64,000 nt of DNA from an uncultured Acidobacteriota bacterium (GCA_963720545.1 OY970399.1:2368001-2432000); one strand, 5' to 3'. Positions 51,188 through 62,188 are shown, numbered from the stretch's first letter. Program-made: numbers and translations. The notes: generated by a model not told the origin, from the letters alone.

Positions 51188-52177
51188 ATGCGCATCGTGT
51201 TCCACGGGGAAGCCGCGTCCGCCTTCGGCGCCGATTTCGCGGCGCTCCTCGACGTGCCCGCTGAGGTGACGCTGCTGCCGGACGCGCTGCGCTCGGATGC
51301 GGAGCGCGCCGCCTATGCCGCGGCCGAGGTGATCGTCAGCTTCCGCTTCGACGCGTCGCTGCCGCATCCGGCGGGGCTGCGCCTCCTGCACATGCCGGGT
51401 GCCGGGCTCGACAAGGTCGACTTCGCCGCATTGCCAGCAGGCGCCATCGTCTGCAACTGCTTCGGCCACGAGCAGCCGATCGCCGAGTACGTGCTGGCGG
51501 CGATGCTCAACCACGCGATCCCCTTCGCGCGTGCCGATGCCGACCTGCGGCGCGGCGACTGGACGCTGCGCGGCGGAGTCGCGCGCAGCGTCCACGGCGA
51601 GCTCGCCGGGCGCAGCATCGGCATCCTCGGCTACGGGCACATCGGCAAGGCGGTGGCGCTACGCGCCAAGGCGTTCGCCATGACCGTGCACGTCGCAAAC
51701 CGCACTGCGATTGCGCCCGGGGCGGTGGTTGACCGCTACCACAGCCTCGCCCCGGGAGCCCTCGCCGGCTTCTGGGCCGCTTGCGAATTCTTCGCCGTGA
51801 CGCTGCCGCTCGCTCCCGAGACCACAGGCATCGTCTCGGCCGCGGCGCTCGCGGCGATGCCGCGCTCGGCGCTGGTCGTCAACGTCGGGCGCGGCGCGCT
51901 CATCGACGAGACGGCGCTCTACGCGGCGCTGCGCGAGCGGCGCATCGCCGGTGCTGTCATCGACACCTGGTATCGCTATCCGTCCGCCGCACAGCCCGAC
52001 ACGCTGCCCGCATCGCAACCGTTCCACGAGCTCGACAACGTGGTGATGACGCCGCACCTTTCGGGCTGGACCCAGGGGACGATCGACCGGCGCCGGCGCG
52101 CGATCGCCGCGAACGTCCGCCGCCGCTTCGCGGGCGAGCCCTGCGTGAACGTCGCGTCGCCGCCTGCTACACCGTGA
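51188..52177 (+). CDS. D-isomer-specific 2-hydroxyacid dehydrogenase
   Basis: GILGYGHIG, VNVGRG, IDTW, TPHLSG. Confidence 0.92.
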   Translation: MRIVFHGEAASAFGADFAALLDVPAEVTLLPDALRSDAERAAYAAAEVIVSFRFDASLPHPAGLRLLHMPGAGLDKVDFAALPAGAIVCNCFGHEQPIAEYVLAAMLNHAIPFARADADLRRGDWTLRGGVARSVHGELAGRSIGILGYGHIGKAVALRAKAFAMTVHVANRTAIAPGAVVDRYHSLAPGALAGFWAACEFFAVTLPLAPETTGIVSAAALAAMPRSALVVNVGRGALIDETALYAALRERRIAGAVIDTWYRYPSAAQPDTLPASQPFHELDNVVMTPHLSGWTQGTIDRRRRAIAANVRRRFAGEPCVNVASPPATP

Positions 52178-55100
52178 CGGCGATGCCGGGCGAGGTGAAG
52201 AGCACGACCCGTTCGCGAATCTCCATGCCGGTCGCCTGCGCGAGGCCGCGGCCGTAGATCTGCAGCTGCGCCGCATGGTGCGCGGCCTGCGCCAGCGCCT
52301 GCTCGGCAACGATGGCGTCGGTCTTGTAGTCGACCACCACCAGGCCGTTGGCTTCGACGAACAGCAGGTCGACGACACCCTCCACCAGCACGCCTTCGTC
52401 GGGGAACCACAGGGGCAGCTCGCGCCAGACGGCGCTCGCCTGCCGCGCGCGCTCCATCACCGGCAGCGCCAGCGCCCGCGTCACCGCCTCGGCGGCGCGG
52501 CCGGCCGCGGCCGCGTCGAGCAGGAACGACGGCGCGAGGCTGGCAGCCATTGCGTGCGCGCGCTCCCGTGCGCCGGGGCCGAAGTCGATGCGCTCGAGGA
52601 TGCGGTGGACCAGCCGGCCAAAGTCGCGCCCGCCGGTGCCGCGAGGCGCCTCCAGCACCGAGGCGGCGGCGGTATCGGCGACCAGGCGGGTGGCGGCGGT
52701 GGGTGCAAAGGGCCGGTACGAGCCGGCTTCGAGGCGCGCCGTGCGTTCGCCGAGCCAGCGCGCGGCCAGCGCATCCTCGCGCACCAGCGTCGGCTCGGGC
52801 GGATGCGCCTGCGGCGGCGGACCTTGGAACAGGCTCTCGGCCTCGAGCACCTGCACGACGTCGTCGCCGCGCTGCGGCAGGTGCGCGATGAGGTCCTTGA
52901 GGAAGTCGCCGGGGCGGGCGCCGCGCGGTGCGGGAATCATCAGCAGGTCGCGCGCCCGGGTGCAGGCGACGTACAGCAGCCGCCGGCTCTCGGCGGCGGC
53001 GCGTGCCCCGTCGGCCTTCGCCAGCTGATCCCAGCCGGGCGGCTGGCAGTTGCGGCGAAAGCCGATCGCGATCTTGTGCTGGTCCCAGAGCGGGATGGCG
53101 TCGGAGCGGCGCTGGCTGTCGGCGGCACAGTCGTAGAGCACCACGATCGGCGCCTCGAGCCCCTTGGCGCGATGGATCGTGAGGACGCGGACCGTGTCGG
53201 GATCGCCGGGGCGAGTGGCCGGCAGGTCGGGCTCTTCGCGCGCGGTGCGGATGCGCTCCTGCAGGAACGCGATGAAACCGCGCAGCGTCAGCACTCCGAG
53301 CGCGGCCGCGCCGCGCGCCAAAGCCGCAACCTTCTCGAGGTTCGCGATCTGCGCCTCGCCGCGCTTCGCGCCGGTGAGCGCCGCGAGCACGCGGGTTTCG
53401 TCGTAGAGCTCGTCGAGCAGGCGCGCCACGGTGAGCTCGCGCCGCCGCTCGTGCAGCGCGCCGAGCGCCGCCATGGCCGGACCCAGCGCGGCAGCGCCCT
53501 GCTTCTCGACGTCGACCTTGCCGCCGAGGTAACCGCCCTCGAGGACGTAGGCGGCGAGGTCGCGGTCGCTGACGCCGAAGAAGGAGGAGCGCAGGGCAGC
53601 CACCAGCGCCACCCGGTCGGACGGGTCGTCGATCGCGCGCAGCACGCTGAGCGTTTCGTGCACCTCCCAGCGATCGAAGAACGACTTGCCGCCCTCGACC
53701 GTGAACCGCAGCCCGGCCGCGTCCATCGCCTCCTCGAGGTGGCGCAGCTGCGTGAGGCGCGAAGCCAGCACCATGACGTCGCCCGCGCGGCTGCCGCGGC
53801 TCGTGCCCGTAGCGGGATCGCGCACCGTGAAGCCTCCGGCCGCGGCGCGCCCGATGAAGGCCGCGGTGGCCGGCGCTTCGAGCCGCAGCAGGTCTTCGCC
53901 CGATGAGAAGGCGCCCTCGAAGCCGAGCGCCATCACCGATGGCGACGGGTCGAGTCCTGGCGGCGGCTCGATGGCCTCGTAGGCCGGCTGTCCCGCGGCA
54001 TCGGAAGCCTGGATCAACTCGGCGAACACGCGATTGGCGAAGCTCAGGATCGCAGGCCGCGAGCGAAAGTTCTGCGTCAGGTGCAGCACGGCGCGGCGCG
54101 GCGCGGCTTCGTACTCCTTGGAAATGCGGCGGAAGAGATCCACGTCGGCGCGGCGGAAGCGGTAGATCGACTGCTTGGCATCGCCCACCACCACGAGCGC
54201 GCCGGGCCGGTCGCCGGCGAGCAAGGCCGCGATCTCGCCCTGCAAGGGGTCCGTGTCCTGGAACTCGTCGATGATGAGATACGGGAAGCGTGCGCGGAAA
54301 TAGCGGCGCAGCGATTCGCGGTCGCGCAGCGCGTCGCGCGCCAGCACCAGCAGGTCGAGGAAGTCGAGGGCGCCGCGCGCGCGCTTCTTCTTCTGGTAAA
54401 GGGAGACGACGCCGAGCAGCGCCGCGACGATGCGCGCGTGAAACGCCGCGGAGCGGCCCGCCTGCCACGAGGCGATCGCGGAGTTGATCTCCTCGCGCAG
54501 CACCCGCCCCTGCTCGAGCGCCTCCGCGGACGCCCACTTCTCCTTGTTGCCGCGCACGTCGAGCGGCGCGAAGCCCTCCAGGTGTTGTGCCAGCTCGGCT
54601 TCATCGACCTCCTGCACCACCGTCGCGAAACCGCCGAAGGCGTGGAGCCGGGCGCGCAGCGTGTCGGCGGCCTCCGCCTGCGCGCAGAGCGCCTGCGCTT
54701 TCTTGCCGAGCGCCAGCAGCTGCACGCGGATGTCGGGGCCGCCCGAAACGGCGCCTACCAGCGGTTCCAGGTCGCGCTCTTCAACCAGGCGGCGGGCGAG
54801 GCCGCGCAGCGAGGAGCGCTCGGCCCAGCTCTCGGCTTCGAGGGCGATGCCGGCGTCCACCGCGGCCAGCACGATGTCGTCGCCCTCCATGAGGCGGGTG
54901 CTGAGCCACTCGTCCCACGCCGCGCCGAACAGCAGGTCGATCTCGGCCTCGTCGGCCATGCGGAAGCCGGGGATCACCGAGCACTCGAGGGGCCGCTCCT
55001 GCAGCATCGCCGCGCACAGGGCATGGATCGTCGAGATCGGCGCGCGCTCGAGGATGTCGAGGGCGGCCGCGGCGCGCTCCCGCGCGATTGCGCTCTGGGC

Positions 55101-55361
55101 GGGGTCTGTGCGCCGGCGCTCGAGGCGCTCGCGCAGCCGCAGCTTCATGGTGGCGGCGGCATTCTCGGTGAAGGTCACCGCCGCGATCTGGTCGAGCGTG
55201 GCGCGGCCGCCGAGAACCAGCGCCTCGATGCGGTCGATGATCAGCGTCGTCTTGCCGGTGCCGGCGCCCGCCTCGATGACCAGGCTCGTGTCGAGGTCGG
55301 TGCGCGCCCGCTCGCGCGCCGCCTGGTCCACCGGAACGAAGGCTGCCCGCGTCGTCGTCAT
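52167..55361 (-). CDS. addA: AddA-type UvrD helicase/nuclease
   Basis: EAGAGTGKT, IDEFQDT, VGDAKQSIYRFR, TIHRAKGLE, LYVACTRA, EGVVD...DYKT. Confidence 0.9.
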   Translation of the reverse strand: MTTTRAAFVPVDQAARERARTDLDTSLVIEAGAGTGKTTLIIDRIEALVLGGRATLDQIAAVTFTENAAATMKLRLRERLERRRTDPAQSAIARERAAAALDILERAPISTIHALCAAMLQERPLECSVIPGFRMADEAEIDLLFGAAWDEWLSTRLMEGDDIVLAAVDAGIALEAESWAERSSLRGLARRLVEERDLEPLVGAVSGGPDIRVQLLALGKKAQALCAQAEAADTLRARLHAFGGFATVVQEVDEAELAQHLEGFAPLDVRGNKEKWASAEALEQGRVLREEINSAIASWQAGRSAAFHARIVAALLGVVSLYQKKKRARGALDFLDLLVLARDALRDRESLRRYFRARFPYLIIDEFQDTDPLQGEIAALLAGDRPGALVVVGDAKQSIYRFRRADVDLFRRISKEYEAAPRRAVLHLTQNFRSRPAILSFANRVFAELIQASDAAGQPAYEAIEPPPGLDPSPSVMALGFEGAFSSGEDLLRLEAPATAAFIGRAAAGGFTVRDPATGTSRGSRAGDVMVLASRLTQLRHLEEAMDAAGLRFTVEGGKSFFDRWEVHETLSVLRAIDDPSDRVALVAALRSSFFGVSDRDLAAYVLEGGYLGGKVDVEKQGAAALGPAMAALGALHERRRELTVARLLDELYDETRVLAALTGAKRGEAQIANLEKVAALARGAAALGVLTLRGFIAFLQERIRTAREEPDLPATRPGDPDTVRVLTIHRAKGLEAPIVVLYDCAADSQRRSDAIPLWDQHKIAIGFRRNCQPPGWDQLAKADGARAAAESRRLLYVACTRARDLLMIPAPRGARPGDFLKDLIAHLPQRGDDVVQVLEAESLFQGPPPQAHPPEPTLVREDALAARWLGERTARLEAGSYRPFAPTAATRLVADTAAASVLEAPRGTGGRDFGRLVHRILERIDFGPGARERAHAMAASLAPSFLLDAAAAGRAAEAVTRALALPVMERARQASAVWRELPLWFPDEGVLVEGVVDLLFVEANGLVVVDYKTDAIVAEQALAQAAHHAAQLQIYGRGLAQATGMEIRERVVLFTSPGIAVTV

Positions 55362-58300
55362 CGCGAGTCACGCAGACGCAGGACGCTGCGCACCCGCGGA
55401 TCGTTGAGCTTGTAGATGCGGCGCAGTTCGAGGTGCGGCTGCGGCCCGCACACCGCCTTGAAGTCGCACCAGGTGCAGGCCGCCGGTTCCTGGACGAAGT
55501 GCCCCGAGGCGATGGCGTCGACCATGTCGCGCAGCCGCGTCGTGAACGCCTCGTCGCCCAGCGCCTTCAGGTCGAAGACCACGTCGCGGCCGCCGTCCAC
55601 GTAGTCGAGGAACGCGCGCGAGACCTTTTCGCCCGGAAACAGCTGCCCCGCGGCCAGCACGTAGAACGGGATCTGCAGCTGCGAGCCGCTGCGGAAGATG
55701 CGGTTGTCGTCTTTGGGCGCGCGGCCTGTCTTGTAGTCGCGCAGCACCAGGGTGCCGTCCTGCGCGCGGTCGATGCGGTCGATCTTGCCGCCGACACGCA
55801 GCACGCGCCCGTCCCTGAGGTCGATCGCGAGCGGTTCCTTCAGGTGCGGCTCGCCCGGGCTCGGCGCGACGCTCGGACCGAAGCCGACCTCGAAGTGGAT
55901 GGGCGTCGTGCTGTTGGCGGTGCGGAGTTCGCGTCGCAGCCACGCAAGGGTCAGCTCGCGAAACGCCTGGCACTCGCGCTCCCACAGCGCGGTGAAGAGC
56001 GGCGGGCTCCTGGCGGCGAGATCGTCGAGCGCCTGGTCGGCGGCCCGGCGCAGTCGTGCGCGGGTTGCGACATCGTCCGTGAGCGGCAGCCGGCCCGCGT
56101 CGCGCTCCATGCGCAGGAACTTCTCGGCGACGCGGTGGAACAAGTCGCCGCGCTCGAGCGGCGAGAGCCGCAGGCGCTCTTCGGGCTCGAGCGTTGGCGA
56201 CAGCTTCAGGACGTACTGCAGCATGTAGCGAAAGCCGCACTGCGAGAACGTTGCCAGGCGGCTCGCCGACACCGGCGTGCCGCCGGTCGTCGGGTCGAGG
56301 CGCAGCGCCAGGTCGGCGGGCAGCGGGCTCACCAGGCCGTCGTACATCGTGAGGTCTTTCGACCAGCGCCGCTCGGCGGCGTGGCGCGAACGGCGGAAGT
56401 GCGGCGACGACGCGGCGATGGCATCGGCAGCGCCGTCCTCGCCGCGGCGCATGCGTGCACGGTCGCGCTCGGAGGCGTCGAGCGTCTCGAGGATGGGGAG
56501 CGCGTCGAGCGAATCCTCGGCGACCAGCGCCTCGAGGTCGGATGCCGCCAGGACGCGGCCGTGAAGCGCCGAGGCCGCGGCGGCGAAGAACAAGGACGGC
56601 AGGCGTTCGCGGCCGGTGCGCGGATCGGCGCGCGGATAGGAGAGGCACAGGCTTTCGGTCGCTTGCGCGAGTGCACGCCGGAAGCGGCGGCGCGCAGCGA
56701 GCAGCCGGTCCTGGCTCGTCGGCAGCGGATCGATGCCCGCGACGCGCGGCACAGGCGTTGCCGGATCCTCGAAGAGGCCCAGCTGCCTGCCGGTTGCCGC
56801 AGGCGTCGCGGGAGCAGCGCCGGCAGGTGCCGCGCCGTCCTGCGCTTTCGACAAGGCCTCGCGCTCGGCATCGAGGAGGAATGGGTCGGGACGCAGCAGC
56901 CCGGGAAAGCCGCCCTCGACGAGGCCCGGAATGGCGACGAAGCGGAACGGCACGCCCGCGAGCGCATCGAAGACGCCGACATGCACCGCCGAGCCCTCGG
57001 CGCGCACCATCGGCATGCGCTCCCATTCGAAGCGCGCTGCGACGACGCGCTCCACTTCCTCGAAGCGCGCCAGAGGCGCCGCGAACTCGAGCCCGCCCAG
57101 GTCCTTCACGACCGCGCACACGGTATCGCGGTCGTGTTCGGGGCCCAGCCACTCGTCGATCGCAGCGAGGAGGCGCTCCGACCAGTCGCGCCACGACGCG
57201 GTGCCCGCGAGCCGTTCGAGCGTGGCGGCGAGGCGCTCCACCACCGCCGCCAGGCTCTCGGCGTTCTGCGCGCGCGCCGCGCGCCGCCGCTGCGCCGCCT
57301 CGTCGCTCGGGCGCTGCGCCTCGCGCCGCTGTTCCTCGGCGTAGTGCGCAAGCCCGGCGCGGAAGCGCTCGCGGCCCGACACGATCGCCGCGTCGCGGCT
57401 GATGTCGTCCCATTGCGACGCGGGCCAGGGGCCCGTGCCTTCGGGCGGCGTCACGAACGTGAGGAACTCCATGACCGCCGCGCGCTCGAGTTCGCGGCAG
57501 CGGAACAGCAGCAGCAGCGTGCGCGCCGCGCGGCCGAAGCGCAGCGGCAGGGACGGATGCAGGCGGTAGGGGATTCCGAGGCGCTCGAACAGGTCGGAGA
57601 AGAGCGCCGCGTAGTCTTCGGCGCGCGGCAGCAGCACGCCCATGTCTTCGAAGGGCATGCCGGCCTGCGCGTTCTGCAGGATGCGCCGCGCGATGGCGCG
57701 CACCTCGTTGGCCTCGGACGACGCGGTGAGGAAAGTGACTCCGCCGCGGGCCGCCGGAGTCTCCCGGGATTGCGTTGGTGGCGCAGGCGGCGCGAACAAC
57801 CGCGCAACCACCGCCTCGAGGTCCGGCGGCATTGGCGGCGGGGCGAGCGGTTCCAGGAGGGTGCCGGCGTAGCCTTCGTCGAGGTGGCGCAGCGGCACGG
57901 TCCGCGCGAGTGCTTCGAAAAAGAGCCGTTCATGCCCGTGAACGTCGAGGCGTTCCACCACCAACCCCGCCACGCCGCGGAGCCACGGCGTCTCCGCAAC
58001 GCGCGCTGCCGCTTCCTTATATATGGCGGCGGGATCGAGGAAGCCGGCCATGTCCGCGTCGAAGCGCCGGTACAAGGCGGCGAGCGCGGCGAGCCGGTCG
58101 GCATCGTCGCCGCTGCCGCCGCCGCGCGCCGCGAATGCCGCGACCTCATCCGGCGTGAAGCCGCGGGCACGCAGGTCGCGCAGCGTGCGGGCGAGCGCCG
58201 CGGCCACCGGTCCGCTCGGCAGGTTGACGTCGAGGCGCAGCTGCGGCACCTCGCCCAGGTGCCGGCCCGCCAGGAGCGCCGCGAGGCCGCTGTCCCAGAG

Positions 58301-58468
58301 GCGGCGGCCGCCGCCGAGCAGCGCCGGCTCGGCCACGGCTGTCGCTAGTTCCTGGAGGCGAAAGGGCAGGAGACCGGCGACCGCCCGGCCGGTCGAGGCG
58401 AGGCGCCTGGGCCACAGCGAGGCCGCGGCCAGGGACGGCACGATCAGCAGCGTCGCCTGCAGCACCAT
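55358..58468 (-). CDS. addB: AddB-type nuclease subunit
   Basis: Helicase-like N-terminus without Walker A; SASRL..FSQC, GKIDRID, DYKTG, QIPFY, CTWCDFKAVC; ATGA overlap with addA. Confidence 0.87.
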   Translation of the reverse strand: MVLQATLLIVPSLAAASLWPRRLASTGRAVAGLLPFRLQELATAVAEPALLGGGRRLWDSGLAALLAGRHLGEVPQLRLDVNLPSGPVAAALARTLRDLRARGFTPDEVAAFAARGGGSGDDADRLAALAALYRRFDADMAGFLDPAAIYKEAAARVAETPWLRGVAGLVVERLDVHGHERLFFEALARTVPLRHLDEGYAGTLLEPLAPPPMPPDLEAVVARLFAPPAPPTQSRETPAARGGVTFLTASSEANEVRAIARRILQNAQAGMPFEDMGVLLPRAEDYAALFSDLFERLGIPYRLHPSLPLRFGRAARTLLLLFRCRELERAAVMEFLTFVTPPEGTGPWPASQWDDISRDAAIVSGRERFRAGLAHYAEEQRREAQRPSDEAAQRRRAARAQNAESLAAVVERLAATLERLAGTASWRDWSERLLAAIDEWLGPEHDRDTVCAVVKDLGGLEFAAPLARFEEVERVVAARFEWERMPMVRAEGSAVHVGVFDALAGVPFRFVAIPGLVEGGFPGLLRPDPFLLDAEREALSKAQDGAAPAGAAPATPAATGRQLGLFEDPATPVPRVAGIDPLPTSQDRLLAARRRFRRALAQATESLCLSYPRADPRTGRERLPSLFFAAAASALHGRVLAASDLEALVAEDSLDALPILETLDASERDRARMRRGEDGAADAIAASSPHFRRSRHAAERRWSKDLTMYDGLVSPLPADLALRLDPTTGGTPVSASRLATFSQCGFRYMLQYVLKLSPTLEPEERLRLSPLERGDLFHRVAEKFLRMERDAGRLPLTDDVATRARLRRAADQALDDLAARSPPLFTALWERECQAFRELTLAWLRRELRTANSTTPIHFEVGFGPSVAPSPGEPHLKEPLAIDLRDGRVLRVGGKIDRIDRAQDGTLVLRDYKTGRAPKDDNRIFRSGSQLQIPFYVLAAGQLFPGEKVSRAFLDYVDGGRDVVFDLKALGDEAFTTRLRDMVDAIASGHFVQEPAACTWCDFKAVCGPQPHLELRRIYKLNDPRVRSVLRLRDSR

Positions 58469-58553
58469 GTGCCGCGATGATAGCGTCGCCTGCTGGCCCC
58501 TCGGGTCCCGTGTAGTATTCTGGACTTTCGTCAGGAACACTTCCAAACACCTA

Positions 58554-61190
58554 ATGGCCCTACTCGACAAGCTGCGCTCCAAGCCCGCCTGGCAGCATGC
58601 CGACGCGGTGATCCGGGCGAGCGCGGTGCGCCAGCTCGGCAGCGAGCACCAGGAGCTCTTCACCACCATCGCCACCACCGACGCCGACCCGCACGTGCGC
58701 AAGGTGGCGGTGTCGAAGATCGACTCGGTCGAGACGCTGGCGCGCATCGGCGGCGACGAGGCCGACGCGATCGTCAAGGGCGAGGCTGCCGCGCGGCTCG
58801 CGAAGATCGCGGCCGAGGACAGCGACGAGGAGCGCGCGCGCGCCGCCTCCGCCGTGCTCACCGACCCGAAGGCGCTGCTGCTGCTCGCCAAGACGGCGCG
58901 CCTCGGCAGCGTGCGCCGTGCGGCGCTCGAGCGCATCAGCGACCCGCGCGGGCTTGCCACGCTCGCGAAGAACGCCGAGGAGGGCGTGCTGCGCCTCGAG
59001 GCGCTGGCGCGCATCGACGACCAGGCGCTGCTCGCCGAGGTGGCCGGCAAGGCCGAGTCGCGCGATGTGGCGGTTGCCGCCGTCGACCGTCTCGACGACC
59101 GCGAGGCGCTGGCGAAGCTCGCCGAGAAGTCGCGCAACAAGGCCGCCTCGCGGCGTGCAGCCGTGCGCCTCTCCGGGCTGCGCGCCGCCGACGCCGTGCC
59201 GGCGCCGAAGGACGACGCAAGCGAAGACGAGATCGCGCGCTACGAGGAAGCCAAGGCGGCGATGATCCGCGAAGCGGAAGCGCTCGAGACCGCCAGGCGC
59301 AGCCGCGAGGCGCTGGTGGAGCGCGTGCAGAAGCTGCGCGGCGAAACCATTCCTGCGAGCCTGATGGCGATTCGCGGCGAGTGGGCCGAGCTGCCCGCCT
59401 TCGACAGCGACGAGGGCCGTGCCCTGCAGGCGCGTTTCGATACCGCTGGCGGGAACGCGCAGGCGCGCTTCGACGCGCTCGGCCCTTCGGAAGAGCGGCG
59501 CACCGCCGCCGAGGCGATTTGCGCCGAGGCCGAAGAGATCGCCGCCACCGACGCCGAGCCCGGCGAGGGCAGGAAGCGCCTCGCCGAGTTGCGCGCCTCG
59601 CTGCCGGCGTTCGCGGAGTACGACGACTGGAAGGACGCGCTCCTCGAGCGCTTCGCCAGGGCCGAGGCGCTGTTCGCCGCGCACGACAAGCTGTCGCGCG
59701 AGGAGCGCGAACAGCAGGTGCGCGCCAACCAGGCGCGCCTCAACGCGCTGATCGAGAAGATCGAGGCGCTGGCGAAGGCCGAGACGGTGGCGCTCAAGGA
59801 CGCGGCGCTCGCCCTGCGCGAAACCAAGGAAGCGCTCGACCAGACCGGCCCGCTGCCGACGAAGAAGGAGCGCGAAGAGCTGGTAGCGCGCCTCAAGGCG
59901 GCGCGCGGCCTCCTCTACCCGCGCGTGCAGGAGCTGCGCGAGGCCGACGACTGGACCCGCTGGGCGAACGTCGCCAAGCAGGAAGAGCTGATCGTGCGCA
60001 TGGAGGCGCTCAAGGAGCCGATCGCCGGCGACCGCCTGGTGCGCAGCTACCGCGAAATCCAGGAGGAGTGGAAGCAGTACAGCCAGGTGCCGAAGAACCA
60101 GGCGCAGCTCCTCTGGCAGCGCTACAAGGCAGCCCGCGACCAGGTGTCGGGCAAGGTGCGCGACTTCCTGGTGGCACGGCGCTCGGTGTGGGCCGAGAGC
60201 CTGGCGAAAAAGGAAGCGCTGTGCGTGCGCGCGGAGGCGCTCGCGGAATCGACCAACTGGGTCGAGACCGCGAAAGAGCTGCAGAAGCTGCAGAACGAGT
60301 GGAAAGCTTCCGGGCCGGTGTCGCGCAAGCATTCGGAGAAGATCTGGCAGCGTTTCCGCACCGCCTGCGACGTGTTCTTCAAGAAGCGCAAGGAAGACCT
60401 CGACAAGCGCAAGGGCGTCTGGGACGAGAACCTCGCGAAGAAGGAAGCGCTCTGCGTCCAGGCCGAGGCGCTCTCGCAGTCGCTCGAGTGGGAGAAGACG
60501 GCGAAGGAGCTGCAGCGGCTGCAGGCCGAGTGGAAGAAGGTCGGGCCGGTACGCAAGAGCAAGTCGGAAGTGCTGTGGAAGCGCTTCCGCACCGCCTGCG
60601 ACGGGTTCTTCGAGCGCTTCAAGAAGCGCTACCAGATCGCAAGCGACGAGCGCGGCACCGAAGCCGTGGCGCTTTGCGCCGAGCTCGAGGGCCTGCTGCC
60701 GCCCGAAGGCGAAGCGCTCGCCGAGGACTTCAAGACCAGGGTGCAGGACGTGCTTTCGCGCTGGAAGACCTTGTCCGCCAAGGGCCCGCTGCCCAAGGAT
60801 CACGTCGACCGCTTCTTCGCGGCACGCGCCGCCGTGGCCGCGCGCGACCCCGGCTCGTTCGCCGGCACCGAACTCGATCCGCAGATGTCGAAGAAGCGCC
60901 TCGAGAAGCTGGTGAAGAAGGTCGAAAGCCTGATCCCGCGCAGCGAGGCGGCGCCGGCCGCGGATTCGGTCGCCTCGCTCGCACAGAAGCTGCAGGCCGC
61001 GATGTCGGGCAGCGCCATCGGCGGCCGCGCCGAGGCCGAAGCCCGCAAGCGCGCCGCGGTCGAGGAAGTGAAGGCGGCACAGGCCGCCTTGAAGCGGCTC
61101 GGCGCGCTGCCCGCGGACGATTCGTCGGCGGCGCTGCAAAAGCGCTTCCGCGACGCCTGCGACCGTTTCTTCGCCGCCCAGCGGGCGTGA
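58554..61190 (+). CDS. DUF349 repeat protein with N-terminal HEAT-like repeats
   Basis: VR.AA helical repeats; repeated KEALC..AE.L / LQ.EWK..GPV / W.RFR.ACD.FF. Confidence 0.88.
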   Translation: MALLDKLRSKPAWQHADAVIRASAVRQLGSEHQELFTTIATTDADPHVRKVAVSKIDSVETLARIGGDEADAIVKGEAAARLAKIAAEDSDEERARAASAVLTDPKALLLLAKTARLGSVRRAALERISDPRGLATLAKNAEEGVLRLEALARIDDQALLAEVAGKAESRDVAVAAVDRLDDREALAKLAEKSRNKAASRRAAVRLSGLRAADAVPAPKDDASEDEIARYEEAKAAMIREAEALETARRSREALVERVQKLRGETIPASLMAIRGEWAELPAFDSDEGRALQARFDTAGGNAQARFDALGPSEERRTAAEAICAEAEEIAATDAEPGEGRKRLAELRASLPAFAEYDDWKDALLERFARAEALFAAHDKLSREEREQQVRANQARLNALIEKIEALAKAETVALKDAALALRETKEALDQTGPLPTKKEREELVARLKAARGLLYPRVQELREADDWTRWANVAKQEELIVRMEALKEPIAGDRLVRSYREIQEEWKQYSQVPKNQAQLLWQRYKAARDQVSGKVRDFLVARRSVWAESLAKKEALCVRAEALAESTNWVETAKELQKLQNEWKASGPVSRKHSEKIWQRFRTACDVFFKKRKEDLDKRKGVWDENLAKKEALCVQAEALSQSLEWEKTAKELQRLQAEWKKVGPVRKSKSEVLWKRFRTACDGFFERFKKRYQIASDERGTEAVALCAELEGLLPPEGEALAEDFKTRVQDVLSRWKTLSAKGPLPKDHVDRFFAARAAVAARDPGSFAGTELDPQMSKKRLEKLVKKVESLIPRSEAAPAADSVASLAQKLQAAMSGSAIGGRAEAEARKRAAVEEVKAAQAALKRLGALPADDSSAALQKRFRDACDRFFAAQRA
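60200..60611 (+). repeat. Internal 231-bp-period (77-aa) DUF349 repeat
   Basis: Segments starting at 60200 and 60431 align (LAKKEALCV...FRTACD.FF). Confidence 0.8.
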
Positions 61191-61205
61191 CGGCGTAAGG
61201 GCGCC

Positions 61206-62177
61206 TTGCCCCGCCCGTCGCCGCCGCCGCTGGGCACGTCGTTCCGGGCCGCCGCCCTCGCCCGCTACATCGCCTTCGACCGCGCCGAGTGGGCGCGCCT
61301 GCGCGGCGCGACGCCGCTGACGCTCACCGAGGCCGACCTCGAGCGCCTGCGCGGCATCAACGTCAGCTTGTCGCTTCGCGAGGTCGAGGAGGTGTACCTG
61401 CCGCTGTCGCGGCTCCTCAACCTCTATGTCGCGGCCGCCCAGGAGCTGTACCGTGTCAGCGACGTGTTCCTCGGCCGGCCGGCGTCGAAGGTGCCCTACG
61501 TCATCGGCATCGGCGGCAGCGTGGCGGTGGGCAAGAGCACCACGGCGCGCGTGCTGCACGAACTGCTCGCCCGCTGGCCCAACCACCCGCGCGTCGACCT
61601 CGTCACCACCGACGGCTTCCTGTTCCCGAACGCCGAACTCGAGGCGCGCGGGCTGATGACGCGCAAGGGCTTTCCCGAGAGCTACGACACCCGCCGCCTG
61701 GTGCACTTCCTCGGCGACGTCAAGGCCGGCCGCGCGCACGTTGAGGCGCCGGTCTACTCGCACCAGGTCTACGACATCGTTCCCGACCAGCACCAGGTGG
61801 TGAACGAGCCCGACATCCTCATCATCGAGGGGCTGAACGTGCTGCAGTCGGGCAGCTCGAAGCGCGCGCAGGTGTTCGTCTCCGACTTCTTCGACTTCTC
61901 GATCTACGTCGACGCCGACGAGGGCGACATCCGCTCGTGGTACGTCGAGCGCTTCCTGAAGCTGCGCGAGACCGTGTTTCGCGACCCCGCCTCCTACTTC
62001 CGCCGCTACGCCGACCTCACGATCGACGCCGCGCGCGCCGAGGCGCTGCGCATCTGGGAGGAGATCAACGGGCCGAACCTGCGCCAGAACATTGAACCCA
62101 CCCGCGAGCGCGCTCACCTGCTGCTGCGCAAGGGCCCGCGCCACGTGGTCAGCGAGATCAAGCTGCGCAAGATTTAA
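61206..62177 (+). CDS. coaA: Type I pantothenate kinase
   Basis: [44 protein letters not shown]; exact start uncertain. Confidence 0.96.
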   Translation: MPRPSPPPLGTSFRAAALARYIAFDRAEWARLRGATPLTLTEADLERLRGINVSLSLREVEEVYLPLSRLLNLYVAAAQELYRVSDVFLGRPASKVPYVIGIGGSVAVGKSTTARVLHELLARWPNHPRVDLVTTDGFLFPNAELEARGLMTRKGFPESYDTRRLVHFLGDVKAGRAHVEAPVYSHQVYDIVPDQHQVVNEPDILIIEGLNVLQSGSSKRAQVFVSDFFDFSIYVDADEGDIRSWYVERFLKLRETVFRDPASYFRRYADLTIDAARAEALRIWEEINGPNLRQNIEPTRERAHLLLRKGPRHVVSEIKLRKI

Positions 62178-62188
62178 CGTAGTCAGCA

